Shown here in pieces: positions 29,662 to 39,082 of a stretch of DNA of 64,000 bases. How positions within the stretch are numbered: position 1 is the first letter of the stretch; each line of letters opens with the position of its first letter. The notes beneath the pieces are model-generated. The model worked only from the letters and a program-made list of their open reading frames with translations, did no database searches and was not told where the DNA came from. Both the position numbers and the translations under genes were made by a program. The DNA comes from an uncultured Bacteroidales bacterium (GTDB taxonomy: Bacteria > Bacteroidota > Bacteroidia > Bacteroidales > TTA-H9), in NCBI GenBank assembly GCA_964550695.1, contig CAZKCK010000001.1, positions 7,427 to 71,426 on the forward strand. Reading direction: 5' to 3'.

Positions 29662-32600
29662 TTATAAGCTTCATTATCTGATGTTTAGTTTTTAAATAAT
29701 AGGTACCTGCCGCAAGTTTATTCAGCAAAAATCTGATATTTACAGAACCCTGGGCCAAAACTTTGGCTGTAACCAGCTTTCCGGATTCATCAAATAATTC
29801 AACAATCACATCAGAGTTCAGCGCTGTCTTATACTTTAGGAATATCTCATCATGGGCTGGATTGGGATAAATACTAAATTCCTGTGCTTTGGCATTATCC
29901 AAAATTCCCCAACCCGGGCAATGCGTCATCATAATTCTGACAGAATCAGTAGCTTCACACCCAAATTCATTGCCAACAACCACTTTAAACCACCGGGATT
30001 CGCCAACAGGTACCGTTAAAGAATCAATTTCCAGAAACCGTCCGGTGCTTCCTGTATTCCAGGTGTACATCACCTGATCAGGTCCGGCATCCAGAATAAT
30101 GGTCTGAAGCGTGCAAATGCTTGTATCAGGTCCCAGTTCTACAACCGGGAGCGGGTTGACGTTTACGGTAACTGAATCACACTGAGAAAAACCGCAGGCA
30201 TTGGCCTTTACGGCATAAAACACGGTATTTGTTACCGGAGCCTGAACCGGTTGCGCGTATGATTGCCCAATGATTGCGCCATTACATGAACCGGTATACC
30301 AATAAATTGAATCAACTGACACCGAATCTGCTGAAAGTATAATTTGATTCACTGCCCCGAGGCAATATACCTGCGTACTGACGGTAAGATTTTGCGGGCT
30401 CAGAGGAGGATTTTGAATATACAGGATAAGTGAATCCATTGCGATCGCCATGTTGGTAATAGCCTTGATTTTTAGTGTCACGAAACCATTGGCTATATCC
30501 TGTGCTCCGGGAAAATAATCAGTTTCGGGAGATGACTGCTGGTTAAAAACACCATCACCTGTTGTTGACCACTGTATGGAAGAATAATTCTGTGCCATCG
30601 CATTCAGGTGAATTGAGTCCTGACCTGAACATATTCCGGTATCACCGCCGGCTTCAACAACCGGCAGATTGAACACAGGAAGTGATATATAATCAAGCCA
30701 GATTTTATCTACCCCGGCCGAAAAATATGAATCTTTTGAATATTGCCACCTGAGTGTGTGGTTCCCGGCCGGAACCATGTAACCAACACGTTTCCAGTCA
30801 CGTATTCCTGACCATTTTCCCTTTCGTATGTTGTCAACATAAAACTCAAGCTGGTCATAATTTGATTCTGTAGACGTTTTATACCAGAAAGTTACAGAAT
30901 CGTCGGAGGCAATGTCATAAGTCAGTTTCAGGACAGATTCTTCTTCATCGTCAATATCGCCGGAAGAAGCGCTCCATACCCCTTCGTAAGGAAGTGCCGG
31001 AGTGAGGCTGAAAAGTGAATTTCCGGATCTCATCCAGGGATATTTTGTAAACGTGTTGGTTTCCCAATCTTCAACAATTAATCCTACACGCGAAAAAAAG
31101 TTTTTTGATACATGGTGAAGTCCCGAGATTGCCCTGAACCGAAAAAGTAAATTAATGCCGTAAGGCGTATTGCCAGCCAGAGACACCTGAAAAAATGCTG
31201 TATCAGTCTGATTGCTAACGAGCTGTGGAAGAACAGAACTATCTTCCAGAATAATAAGTTCAGATGTTGAAGTTGTAAGAATATTCAAGACTTCGCCAAG
31301 CGGATAATCACCTGAATTTCTGATAATCAATCTGATTTCTGCTGTTTCACCCGGATCAAGAATTCTGTTGTTGTTTCCGGTAAAGTCATTGATGCTGTAC
31401 GTTAAAATTTCTAATTGCGGAGCCATCACATCACATTGAAAATGGCTGTTCCATGTACTGTCACCATCCGTGGCCTTCAGGTCAAATCTCACTTTGATAC
31501 CGTCAGGGATTGTATCCGAAACTTTAAGTGTAAAACCTTCTTCTTTGGTAACAGATTGTCCGGTAAGGAAATTCCCGTAAGGTTCAAGACTGTCAGTGAT
31601 TACAATATATGGTGAACTGGTCGACAACCTGACCATTACATTCTGTGCATCCTCATCACCGATATTTTGCATTGAGATTGTAAAATGTACTGAATCACCG
31701 TTGCTTAATGTTTGCTGCAATGATGCATCGGCAGGCGTAATATCCACATTTTCATAAATCACATAAGGCTGATTGGGCGGCGGACCGGTTTCAAACGGAC
31801 TGACATAGGCCAACGTTTTCCCTGAGCGGTTGTCGCTCCATACAGGATAAACCTTGCGATCATTGGCCGATATCCCAAGGTAATCGCCAAAATAGCCTCC
31901 TGCAAGCCCGGGAATAGGAGCGGGGGTAAAAGCAAAATCACTCACCCTGAAATCTTCCCAGTTTTGCCCTCCATCATATGAATTGGCAACATAAATTTCA
32001 CATTGATCCGTTCCAACGTTGCGGTCATCAAAGAAAATCACACTCAGCGTACCTGTTACGGCATCGCAGGTTATCCAGGGCATAAAATGCTGTTTCCCGA
32101 TTCCTGAAAGATCCTGGTTCACTTTAAGAGGTGTGCTCCATGAACTGCCGAGGTCCGTTGATTTTATCATGTACACATCCACATCCGGACCGGAATTGAT
32201 GCCCGGAAAACCAAGATTATTCCATACAACATAAATGCTGCCCCGGTTCGGGCCATTGCTCAGGTCAACTGACATAGCAGGAAAGCCGCTTACACGCATA
32301 TTTTTGGTTGTAAGAGAATTCCGCAAACCATTTATATTGAATATTATACGATACGCCTGATCAAACGTCTGACCTCCATCGAATGAACGGGCAAATCCGA
32401 GCGCGTTTTCATCTGCCGGCCAGTTATCATATATTGCCCACACAGCATACACTTCACCATTGGGTCCCGTCTGGACATTCACACCCTGATTGTGCTTCAA
32501 CGCATTGGCACCATTGCTTATGCTCACGGGAACTGACCATGCCAATCCATTATTTACTGAGCGTGAAAGTTGAATCTGACCATCGTCTGTTCCACCAAAG

Positions 32601-33301
32601 CGCGTCCAGGCGGAATAAACATTTCCCCTGAACAGGCTAGATGGGCTGTTATCAACCCATAAGTGATTCTTATCAAGCAGGTTGGGATAACCGGTTACGC
32701 TTGCAAGCACCACATCGTCCCAGGTCAATCCACCATCATTTGAATGTGCAACTGACTGACCATAAAAGGCATTAATTTTACCCACATACATGGTACCGTT
32801 CATTGAAATTGCCGCCGCCGGATCTCCGCCATTGTCTTCACCTGCCCCATAAATACTGCCATCCCAGCTAGTACCGGCATCTTCAGAAACAAATCCATCG
32901 GCACCAAACATCATTTGTGCGGGGTAATCTGAACTGTTGTTTGAATTCAGTATACTGTCATTGTTGTTCGGGTGAACAAATACCGAGTTTTCACTTTGCG
33001 TTGTTTCTCCTCCTATCACCAAAACATCCGGCGAATCCTGAGGGACGCCGGTTCCTGTTTTTATCAGGCTGCCTTTGAAATCCACCTTTAAAGATGCATT
33101 ATCTTGTGCAACAGCCACTTTATGCTGTTTGGCAAGTTGTCGCCAGTAAAACATATTATCAACCCGGTTATCATACAACCCTGAAGGATTTAACAATAAA
33201 TTTAATTTTCTGTCGATACCATGATTCTGACTATAAACACTTTGGGTAATGATTAAGCCAAATATAATGACCGACGATATTATACGTAACAATGCTGACA
33301 T
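29654..33301 (-). CDS. Large secreted BNR/Asp-box beta-propeller protein with T9SS C-terminal sorting domain
   Basis: - Signal peptide: MSALLRIISSVIIFGLIITQSVYSQ.
- Six Asp-box-like motifs: SEDAGTSW, SNDGGLTW, SVNNGLAW, SFDGGQTF, STDLGSSW, SYDGGQNW.
- Ig-like/beta-sandwich modules follow.
- The C-terminus FSIYPNPAHDEIFLKY...GTYYLK is typical of T9SS type-A CTDs.
- The track's TTG start at 33325 is possible, but I prefer the ATG at 33301.
- The gene converges on dnaG with an 8-nt overlap. Confidence 0.8.
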   Translation of the reverse strand: MSALLRIISSVIIFGLIITQSVYSQNHGIDRKLNLLLNPSGLYDNRVDNMFYWRQLAKQHKVAVAQDNASLKVDFKGSLIKTGTGVPQDSPDVLVIGGETTQSENSVFVHPNNNDSILNSNNSSDYPAQMMFGADGFVSEDAGTSWDGSIYGAGEDNGGDPAAAISMNGTMYVGKINAFYGQSVAHSNDGGLTWDDVVLASVTGYPNLLDKNHLWVDNSPSSLFRGNVYSAWTRFGGTDDGQIQLSRSVNNGLAWSVPVSISNGANALKHNQGVNVQTGPNGEVYAVWAIYDNWPADENALGFARSFDGGQTFDQAYRIIFNINGLRNSLTTKNMRVSGFPAMSVDLSNGPNRGSIYVVWNNLGFPGINSGPDVDVYMIKSTDLGSSWSTPLKVNQDLSGIGKQHFMPWITCDAVTGTLSVIFFDDRNVGTDQCEIYVANSYDGGQNWEDFRVSDFAFTPAPIPGLAGGYFGDYLGISANDRKVYPVWSDNRSGKTLAYVSPFETGPPPNQPYVIYENVDITPADASLQQTLSNGDSVHFTISMQNIGDEDAQNVMVRLSTSSPYIVITDSLEPYGNFLTGQSVTKEEGFTLKVSDTIPDGIKVRFDLKATDGDSTWNSHFQCDVMAPQLEILTYSINDFTGNNNRILDPGETAEIRLIIRNSGDYPLGEVLNILTTSTSELIILEDSSVLPQLVSNQTDTAFFQVSLAGNTPYGINLLFRFRAISGLHHVSKNFFSRVGLIVEDWETNTFTKYPWMRSGNSLFSLTPALPYEGVWSASSGDIDDEEESVLKLTYDIASDDSVTFWYKTSTESNYDQLEFYVDNIRKGKWSGIRDWKRVGYMVPAGNHTLRWQYSKDSYFSAGVDKIWLDYISLPVFNLPVVEAGGDTGICSGQDSIHLNAMAQNYSSIQWSTTGDGVFNQQSSPETDYFPGAQDIANGFVTLKIKAITNMAIAMDSLILYIQNPPLSPQNLTVSTQVYCLGAVNQIILSADSVSVDSIYWYTGSCNGAIIGQSYAQPVQAPVTNTVFYAVKANACGFSQCDSVTVNVNPLPVVELGPDTSICTLQTIILDAGPDQVMYTWNTGSTGRFLEIDSLTVPVGESRWFKVVVGNEFGCEATDSVRIMMTHCPGWGILDNAKAQEFSIYPNPAHDEIFLKYKTALNSDVIVELFDESGKLVTAKVLAQGSVNIRFLLNKLAAGTYYLKTKHQIMKLIIN

Positions 33302-33337
33302 AGCAATACGGGAGTTGATATTCAACGCTAAAAGTAT

Positions 33338-33363
33338 AAAAAAAGCCGGGAGCGAACCCGGCT
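33338..33363 (-). terminator. Rho-independent terminator after the deiminase gene
   Basis: The minus strand reads agccggg-ttcgct-cccggct followed by 7 T. Confidence 0.75.
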
Positions 33364-33383
33364 AATCATTCGAAACTTATTAT

Positions 33384-35423
33384 TTACCTCACCAGCAGCA
33401 TTTTGTGATGAATCGCAGAATGCTTTGTTTCAAGGCTCAGCACATACACCCCCTCAGGCTGGAGCTGCCCTGATGCATTGGTTCCATCCCAGGAAAAAGA
33501 ATGGTTGCCGGATGTAAGCCGGGTATCAGTGATTAATTTTACCAGTTTACCATGAATATCATATACATTAAGCAATACATCGGTTGTTACTGTTAATCCA
33601 AACTTAATCAAAGTGGTTGATTGAAAAGGATTTGGTGAATTCTGCAACCAGGCAATTTCGGGATTTGAGATACCAACACCAGAATTAACTTCAAAATATA
33701 CCATCACAGTATCGGTTGGTCTGTCGGGGTCGTTTGAATACACAAACACTTTACCACTGTAAGTTCCAACTGCCAGTGAGGCTGCATTAAGAATGAGCGG
33801 AATCTGGGTATTTGCGCCCGGACTGAGAATTCCACCACTATTTTGCGATACCAGCCATGAGGCAGAAAGCGGGTCAATTTCAACAGTATAAATCAAATCT
33901 GCAAATCCTGTATTCTCGACAGTAAAATCAGCATTTACTGAATTTCCGGTAGCTGCTGAAGTGTCAATTGCATGCTGATCAATGCCAATATGCGGGTAAA
34001 TGCCTGCGCCAACAGTGAAAACATGCGGATCAGCTTCACCAATATACGGATGAAACATAACTCTTCCGCTTTGGTCCTTGGCTTTAAGATAATAGGAAAC
34101 CGTACTTCCCTGAGATTGTCGTGGAATGGTACCGGTATAGGTTTTTTCGCCTGTCAGGAACAATGGAAGTTCCTGGTAACTACCATTGTTTACTTTATAA
34201 TAAACAAGGGTTGAATCTGGGACGATTGCAGAGCCGCTAACCGGAACAATCAGTGCGGTAATTAAATAATCTTCATCAGCAGGTTTTTGTGTAAGGATGG
34301 GAAAATGTTTAACGAACAGCATGCCCTTGTCGGCCATTTCATGTGTACGGCAATGCAATGCATCAGTCGATTCCCAGGGTGTAGTAGGATTTTCATACAT
34401 TCCCACAATTTCATACCCGGGCATTGCAGATTGATACACCTGAAGCGCCTGATTATCGAGACTTGTACTACCAGTTATTGGAACAAATACTTTTTTATCA
34501 AGGATGTAAGAATTGGTATAAGGCTCATCATTTGGTGTATTAACCCTAAAAACCTGAAAATTAATTCCGTATCCACTCACTGTGTTTTGCCAGAAAGCGG
34601 CTGCGGCTTCTATCAGACTATATTGCGGGTGTGTGGAAGGAACCTGCCTGACAAGGATTTTATCCACATCAAGAAATTTGCTCCAGCAGTCAATATGATC
34701 AATATAAGTTCCATTGGGATCAGGTCTGATAAAATAATTATCTATTCCAAGGAAATCCTTCATTTTCTGATTAATATCCGCCACAGTCTGTGTAGGGTTT
34801 TCAACAACAACAAGGTCAGTTGAGGAAGCGTTGCCCATACCATCGCACATATAATTGCCGCCGGTATGAATCACATTCATTCCATAAAGCGGTACATTCA
34901 TAAACTGGGCAACTTTAATCGGAATATCATCATCCTGAGGACGCGACGGCCGGTTATACGGAAAATCGGAAACGGCCACTGTATAATTGCTGTCGAGAAT
35001 GAACCAGGGGCCGTAATCACGCGTCCAATAGCTGTTTGAGGGTGCAATCAGAAAATCGCAGTTGGCTGTATTTACACCGTTGCTGGTGTATTGATTTAAT
35101 ACTGTGGTTTGTTGTGCAGAACTGGCAACAATGGTAGTAACCCTTGCGCTTTTGGCCATTTCTTTGATAAGCGTAATGGGTATTCCGAAAGGATACCTGA
35201 CCAGCGCTCCCTGAGCATGGTTAAACTCAGCAAGATTTACAACCGGTGCCGCAGGTGGGTCGGTAGGCGTAAAACCCTTTACTGATTTTTGCCATGCAAG
35301 CAATTCCTGAGGCGATAAAACCTGTTCAGAAATAATACTTCTATTTTTAATGGGTTCCTGAGTGAAAGCTGCAGGCAGATAAATAAGCAGACCAATAAAC
35401 AGGAGGAGACGTCTGGTTGTCAT
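33384..35423 (-). CDS. Secreted Porphyromonas-type peptidyl-arginine/agmatine deiminase family protein with T9SS C-terminal sorting domain
   Basis: - Guanidino-modifying fold motifs: SYWTRDYGPWF, HTGGNYMCDGMG, IDHIDCWSKFL and the catalytic-Cys context TDALHCRTHE.
- Ig-like modules follow.
- CTD: NSPNPFQSTTLIKF...VYDIHGKLV...GVYVLSL.
- Signal peptide: MTTRRLLLFIGLLIYLPAAFTQEP.
- I trimmed the track's start at 35528 to the ATG at 35423. Confidence 0.8.
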   Translation of the reverse strand: MTTRRLLLFIGLLIYLPAAFTQEPIKNRSIISEQVLSPQELLAWQKSVKGFTPTDPPAAPVVNLAEFNHAQGALVRYPFGIPITLIKEMAKSARVTTIVASSAQQTTVLNQYTSNGVNTANCDFLIAPSNSYWTRDYGPWFILDSNYTVAVSDFPYNRPSRPQDDDIPIKVAQFMNVPLYGMNVIHTGGNYMCDGMGNASSTDLVVVENPTQTVADINQKMKDFLGIDNYFIRPDPNGTYIDHIDCWSKFLDVDKILVRQVPSTHPQYSLIEAAAAFWQNTVSGYGINFQVFRVNTPNDEPYTNSYILDKKVFVPITGSTSLDNQALQVYQSAMPGYEIVGMYENPTTPWESTDALHCRTHEMADKGMLFVKHFPILTQKPADEDYLITALIVPVSGSAIVPDSTLVYYKVNNGSYQELPLFLTGEKTYTGTIPRQSQGSTVSYYLKAKDQSGRVMFHPYIGEADPHVFTVGAGIYPHIGIDQHAIDTSAATGNSVNADFTVENTGFADLIYTVEIDPLSASWLVSQNSGGILSPGANTQIPLILNAASLAVGTYSGKVFVYSNDPDRPTDTVMVYFEVNSGVGISNPEIAWLQNSPNPFQSTTLIKFGLTVTTDVLLNVYDIHGKLVKLITDTRLTSGNHSFSWDGTNASGQLQPEGVYVLSLETKHSAIHHKMLLVR

Positions 35424-35482
35424 AAGATGGTTGTTTGGATAAAAAAAATGGTAAATGCTTGAATAATGGGATAAACAGGATG

Positions 35483-35490
35483 CAAAAATA
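35483..35490 (-). promoter_or_regulatory. Bacteroidota -7 promoter box TATTTTTG (minus strand)
   Basis: TAnnTTTG match on the minus strand, 60 nt upstream of the deiminase ATG at 35423. This supports the trimmed start. Confidence 0.45.
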
Positions 35491-35574
35491 ATAAAGTTTA
35501 CACCGGTAACTGAAAATTGAAAAACCAATTCATACCTTCTGTAAGAATCAAAACAAAAGATGTAACTATCTTTG

Positions 35575-35943
35575 ATGCTTCACTCAATGAATTGGAACTA
35601 TATGGAAATACTACACGAATGCATTGACGGACTGAATATTGCAGTCACTATAAGCAATAATAATGCTGATATCACCTATATGAATGCAAAATCAAAGGCA
35701 ACTTTTGCTAAATATGGTGAAACCCTTATCAATCAAAGCCTTTATAATTGTCATGGGGATGAATCTTCACGAAAAATCAGGGAAATGCTCGAGAATGGCA
35801 CAGAAAATATATATACGATTGAAAAAAACGGGGTCAAAAAAATGATTGTTCAGATGCCGTGGAAACATGATGGCAAAATTGAAGGACTGGTGGAGCTTTC
35901 GATAGAAATCCCATTTGAAATGCCTCATTTTGTTAGAAAATGA
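35575..35943 (+). CDS. Stand-alone small PAS-like sensor protein
   Basis: A protein of about 120 aa reading ...ILHECIDGLNIAVTISNNNADITYMNAKSKATF...NCHGDESSRKIREML...IVQMPWKHDGKIEGLVELS. The PAS-like alpha/beta pattern has no output domain. The exact start is ambiguous (TTG 35572, or ATG 35575, 35587 or 35602). Confidence 0.55.
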   Translation: MLHSMNWNYMEILHECIDGLNIAVTISNNNADITYMNAKSKATFAKYGETLINQSLYNCHGDESSRKIREMLENGTENIYTIEKNGVKKMIVQMPWKHDGKIEGLVELSIEIPFEMPHFVRK

Positions 35944-36226
35944 TTCACAATGTGTTTTACTAAGCACATCATTTTCAATTATTTAATAAAACAACAATTT
36001 ATCATAGCGGTTAAGCGTTAATTTACTGATAGTTGATACAAGCCCTTGCAAAAGGTTTTGTATATTTTTGTAAAATCCGTAATTGTACCAAATCAGTCAG
36101 GTTTTAGTAATCTGCCCTGATCTGTTGGTATACAGCGCCATGTTCAACTATTTTATACTTCTGAGCAGGAGTGGATTAGAAGTTGTATGGCTAAAAAAAT
36201 TACATATTTAAGCAGAATCACACAGA

Positions 36227-38023
36227 ATGTTTATTAATAAATACAACATGTTAAATTTTAAAAGGTTATGCCTTACTGTTACAATAACAATAAGCTTAAC
36301 TACCTTGTTTTCACAGACTGAGACAGTAACTGACCCGATACCGGTGAGCGATTCGGCCCAGGAATTTGGTTTTTTTCAGAAGCCCAAAATCAATAACAAT
36401 GATCTGATAACAGATTCCCCAATAGTTGCAGCACTTGATAGTGTGGCCAATATTAAATTTTTCCAGGATTTCTATTTAAACCTGGATCCAACCCTGCTGA
36501 ATGTTTTCAGGTTTCCGGTAGATTTTGTTCCTACCTATCCCGACTCGGTATACATTGATCGTATCAAAAAACTGGATGCTCAGACTCCAATCGATCTAAC
36601 ATTTAATCAACACGTTAAGGATTTTATTAACCTATATGCCTTCAGAAAACGCAATCTGACTTCCAGGGTACTTGGTCTTTCATATATCTATTTTCCCTTA
36701 TACGAAGAAATGCTCGACAAATATGATATGCCCCTTGAGCTCAAATATCTTTCGGTAATTGAATCGGCTCTCAACCCTGTAGCAGGCTCACCCGTGGGTG
36801 CCAAAGGGCTTTGGCAGTTTATGTACGGCACCGGTAAGGTATATGGCTTAACAGCAACCTCATACATTGATGACCGGTTTGACCCTTACATGGCAACCGA
36901 TGCAGCATGCCGGCACATGAAGGATCTTTATGACATTTATGGAGATTGGTTTCTTGTATTGGCAGCGTATAATTCGGGAGCCGGGAATGTAAACAAAGCG
37001 ATCCGCAGGGCAGGAGGGACCAAAAATTATTGGGCTATCTGGCCTTTTCTCCCAAAAGAAACCAGGGGATATGTTCCGGCATTTATAGCCGTAACCTATG
37101 TGATGAATTATTCAAAAGAACACAACCTGTATCCGCTGAACCCCGGTATCCTGTACAATGGCATTGATACAGTAATTGTAAAGCAGCCAGTTTCCTTTGA
37201 GCAAATCAACGAAAAACTTGGAATCTCGATGGATGAACTAAAATTTCTAAACCCGCTTTACAAACTTGGTGTAATACCGTCCACACCAGAAAAGCAATAC
37301 TTCCTGCGGTTACCCCGCGAATACATTGGCTTGTTCATCAACAACGAAGTTGCACTTTACAACTACAAAACTTCCAAAGGCATTGAAAAAGAAAAACTTC
37401 TGGAGCAGATAAAACTTGCAAAGGAACAAGTGGTGCATATAGTTAAGAAAGGAGAAACACTGGCATCCATTGCTAAAAAGTACAATGTTACAACCGGCGA
37501 TATTAAACGATGGAATAACCTGAAAAAAAATTACGTAAACCGCAAAAAACATTTGACCATCTATCCGGGCTCAAAATCCGACCGCAGCACAACACCTGCT
37601 AATGAGAAAGCTGAAACACCTGAAAAGAAACGCAATCAGGAAAACAGTACAAAAGAAGAAAATACATATCATGTTGTTGCATCTGGTGAAACACTTTTAA
37701 AGATATCTAAACAATACGGCTGCTCTATCGATGATTTGAAAAAATGGAATAACTTGTCGGGATCAACCATCAATGTAAAACAAAAGCTATTGGTAAAAGA
37801 ATCGACAGGAATCAGCGAATCTGTTCAGAAACAGGATACTACTGTTGTCAAGTCATCAAAACGCAATAAAACCAGAATGTACACCGTAAAAGACGGGGAT
37901 ACACTGTGGGAAATTGCTGAGAAATTTGATGGCGTAACCGTGGATCAGATAAAAAAATTGAATAAAATGAAATCGACCAGTCTCCGGGCCGGACAAAAAA
38001 TAAAGATACCGGCTACGAATTAA
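36227..38023 (+). CDS. mltD: Membrane-bound lytic murein transglycosylase D-like protein with three LysM domains
   Basis: The SLT catalytic region is LSVIESALNPVAGSPVGAKGLWQFMYGTG...AAYNSGAGNV. Three C-terminal LysM repeats follow (HIVKKGETLASIAKKYNVT, YHVVASGETLLKISKQYGCS, YTVKDGDTLWEIAEKFDGVT). Confidence 0.88.
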   Translation: MFINKYNMLNFKRLCLTVTITISLTTLFSQTETVTDPIPVSDSAQEFGFFQKPKINNNDLITDSPIVAALDSVANIKFFQDFYLNLDPTLLNVFRFPVDFVPTYPDSVYIDRIKKLDAQTPIDLTFNQHVKDFINLYAFRKRNLTSRVLGLSYIYFPLYEEMLDKYDMPLELKYLSVIESALNPVAGSPVGAKGLWQFMYGTGKVYGLTATSYIDDRFDPYMATDAACRHMKDLYDIYGDWFLVLAAYNSGAGNVNKAIRRAGGTKNYWAIWPFLPKETRGYVPAFIAVTYVMNYSKEHNLYPLNPGILYNGIDTVIVKQPVSFEQINEKLGISMDELKFLNPLYKLGVIPSTPEKQYFLRLPREYIGLFINNEVALYNYKTSKGIEKEKLLEQIKLAKEQVVHIVKKGETLASIAKKYNVTTGDIKRWNNLKKNYVNRKKHLTIYPGSKSDRSTTPANEKAETPEKKRNQENSTKEENTYHVVASGETLLKISKQYGCSIDDLKKWNNLSGSTINVKQKLLVKESTGISESVQKQDTTVVKSSKRNKTRMYTVKDGDTLWEIAEKFDGVTVDQIKKLNKMKSTSLRAGQKIKIPATN

Positions 38024-38041
38024 TAATACATTAAAAATCAA

Positions 38042-39082
38042 TTGATTATGAAACAAAAAATCTATATTGGTTTCATTCTGCTGACACTCTTTTTCAGTTA
38101 TTCATGCAATGACGAAAACCGGGGATTACCCAATGCTACCGGTGGAATCTGTGAAATTATGCTGGTAACTGACAATGAAGCACAATTAAAGGGTGATATT
38201 GGTGACACCATCAATCACTTTTTTAATCAATTTTTACCAGGTATGCCCATGCCTGAAGAGTCGTTCACCTCTTCAACAACTACCATCGGATTTTTTAATA
38301 ATAACTCGATGCTCAGAACACATCATGCCATTCTGATTGTAAATATTAATCCAAAAGCTGCTAAAAATATGGTTGAAGCACGTACCGATTTATGGGCTAA
38401 ACCACAGAAAGTGGTAAAAATAACAGCTACTTCCGACACTGCATTTTACCGCTTGTTCACTGAGTATTATCCCTCACTGTTCCGCTTGTTCAGAAATGTT
38501 GAAAAACAAAGAATGGTAAAAATGTTTTCAACTTCGCCCGCAAAACCAATAGTTGAAAAACTGAAGCAGAGTTATGGTATTGAAATGCTGGTACCAGGAG
38601 GTTTTGCAGAATCGGTAAGCAACAAAAATTTTTACTGGATAAGGCAAAAAATACATCGCACCAAGCAGGATACTGAACTGGGCTTTCTGATTTATTTCAG
38701 AAACTATACTGATACTGCTGATTTAAGTTCAGCCCGTATTATTCAACTGCGTGATTCAATTGTCAGAAAATATATTCCAGGCCCTACTGAAGGATCATAC
38801 ATGACCACTTCAACCGAAGTGGTTCTTCCGGAATTTAAAAGAACGGCTGATTTCTCAACAGGTCTGGCCATTGAAACAAGAGGATTGTGGAAAGTAGTCC
38901 ATGATTTTATGGGAGGCCCTTTTGTAAGTTACACATTTATTGATAAATACCGAAACAGAATTGTAACTGCTGAAGGTTACCTGTACAGTCCGGGAACTGA
39001 ACAGCGAAAATTTGTTTTACAGATTGAAACAATACTCAATTCAATTAAAGTAGTTGATCCGCAATCAGATAATATTAATTAA
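38042..39082 (+). CDS. Hypothetical lipoprotein (possibly DUF4837-like)
   Basis: It has a signal peptide with lipobox FFSYSC. I recognise no catalytic motif. The family guess is from memory of Bacteroidota annotations only. Confidence 0.5.
   Translation: MIMKQKIYIGFILLTLFFSYSCNDENRGLPNATGGICEIMLVTDNEAQLKGDIGDTINHFFNQFLPGMPMPEESFTSSTTTIGFFNNNSMLRTHHAILIVNINPKAAKNMVEARTDLWAKPQKVVKITATSDTAFYRLFTEYYPSLFRLFRNVEKQRMVKMFSTSPAKPIVEKLKQSYGIEMLVPGGFAESVSNKNFYWIRQKIHRTKQDTELGFLIYFRNYTDTADLSSARIIQLRDSIVRKYIPGPTEGSYMTTSTEVVLPEFKRTADFSTGLAIETRGLWKVVHDFMGGPFVSYTFIDKYRNRIVTAEGYLYSPGTEQRKFVLQIETILNSIKVVDPQSDNIN

Noticed and set aside
34287-34823. A 178-aa plus-strand ORF inside the deiminase gene. Similar long antisense or off-frame ORFs occur elsewhere (11293-11757, 6014-6427, 20953-21354, 47785-48234, 59961-60377, 59978-60415, 61194-61688).
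   Set aside because: Each lies wholly inside a gene that has strong family motifs in another frame or on the other strand. Their translations are low-complexity or Cys/His/Arg/Ile-rich with no recognisable motif, and no TAnnTTTG box precedes them. I treat them as shadow ORFs.
36063-36226. A TATTTTTG promoter-like box at 36063-36070, which lies 156 nt upstream of the mltD start and would imply a long leader or a small RNA.
   Set aside because: I tried to fold the leader by eye and found only imperfect complementarity (ccaaatcagtcagg / cctgatctgttgg). A single motif match in AT-rich DNA is expected by chance fairly often. It is not supportable as a feature.
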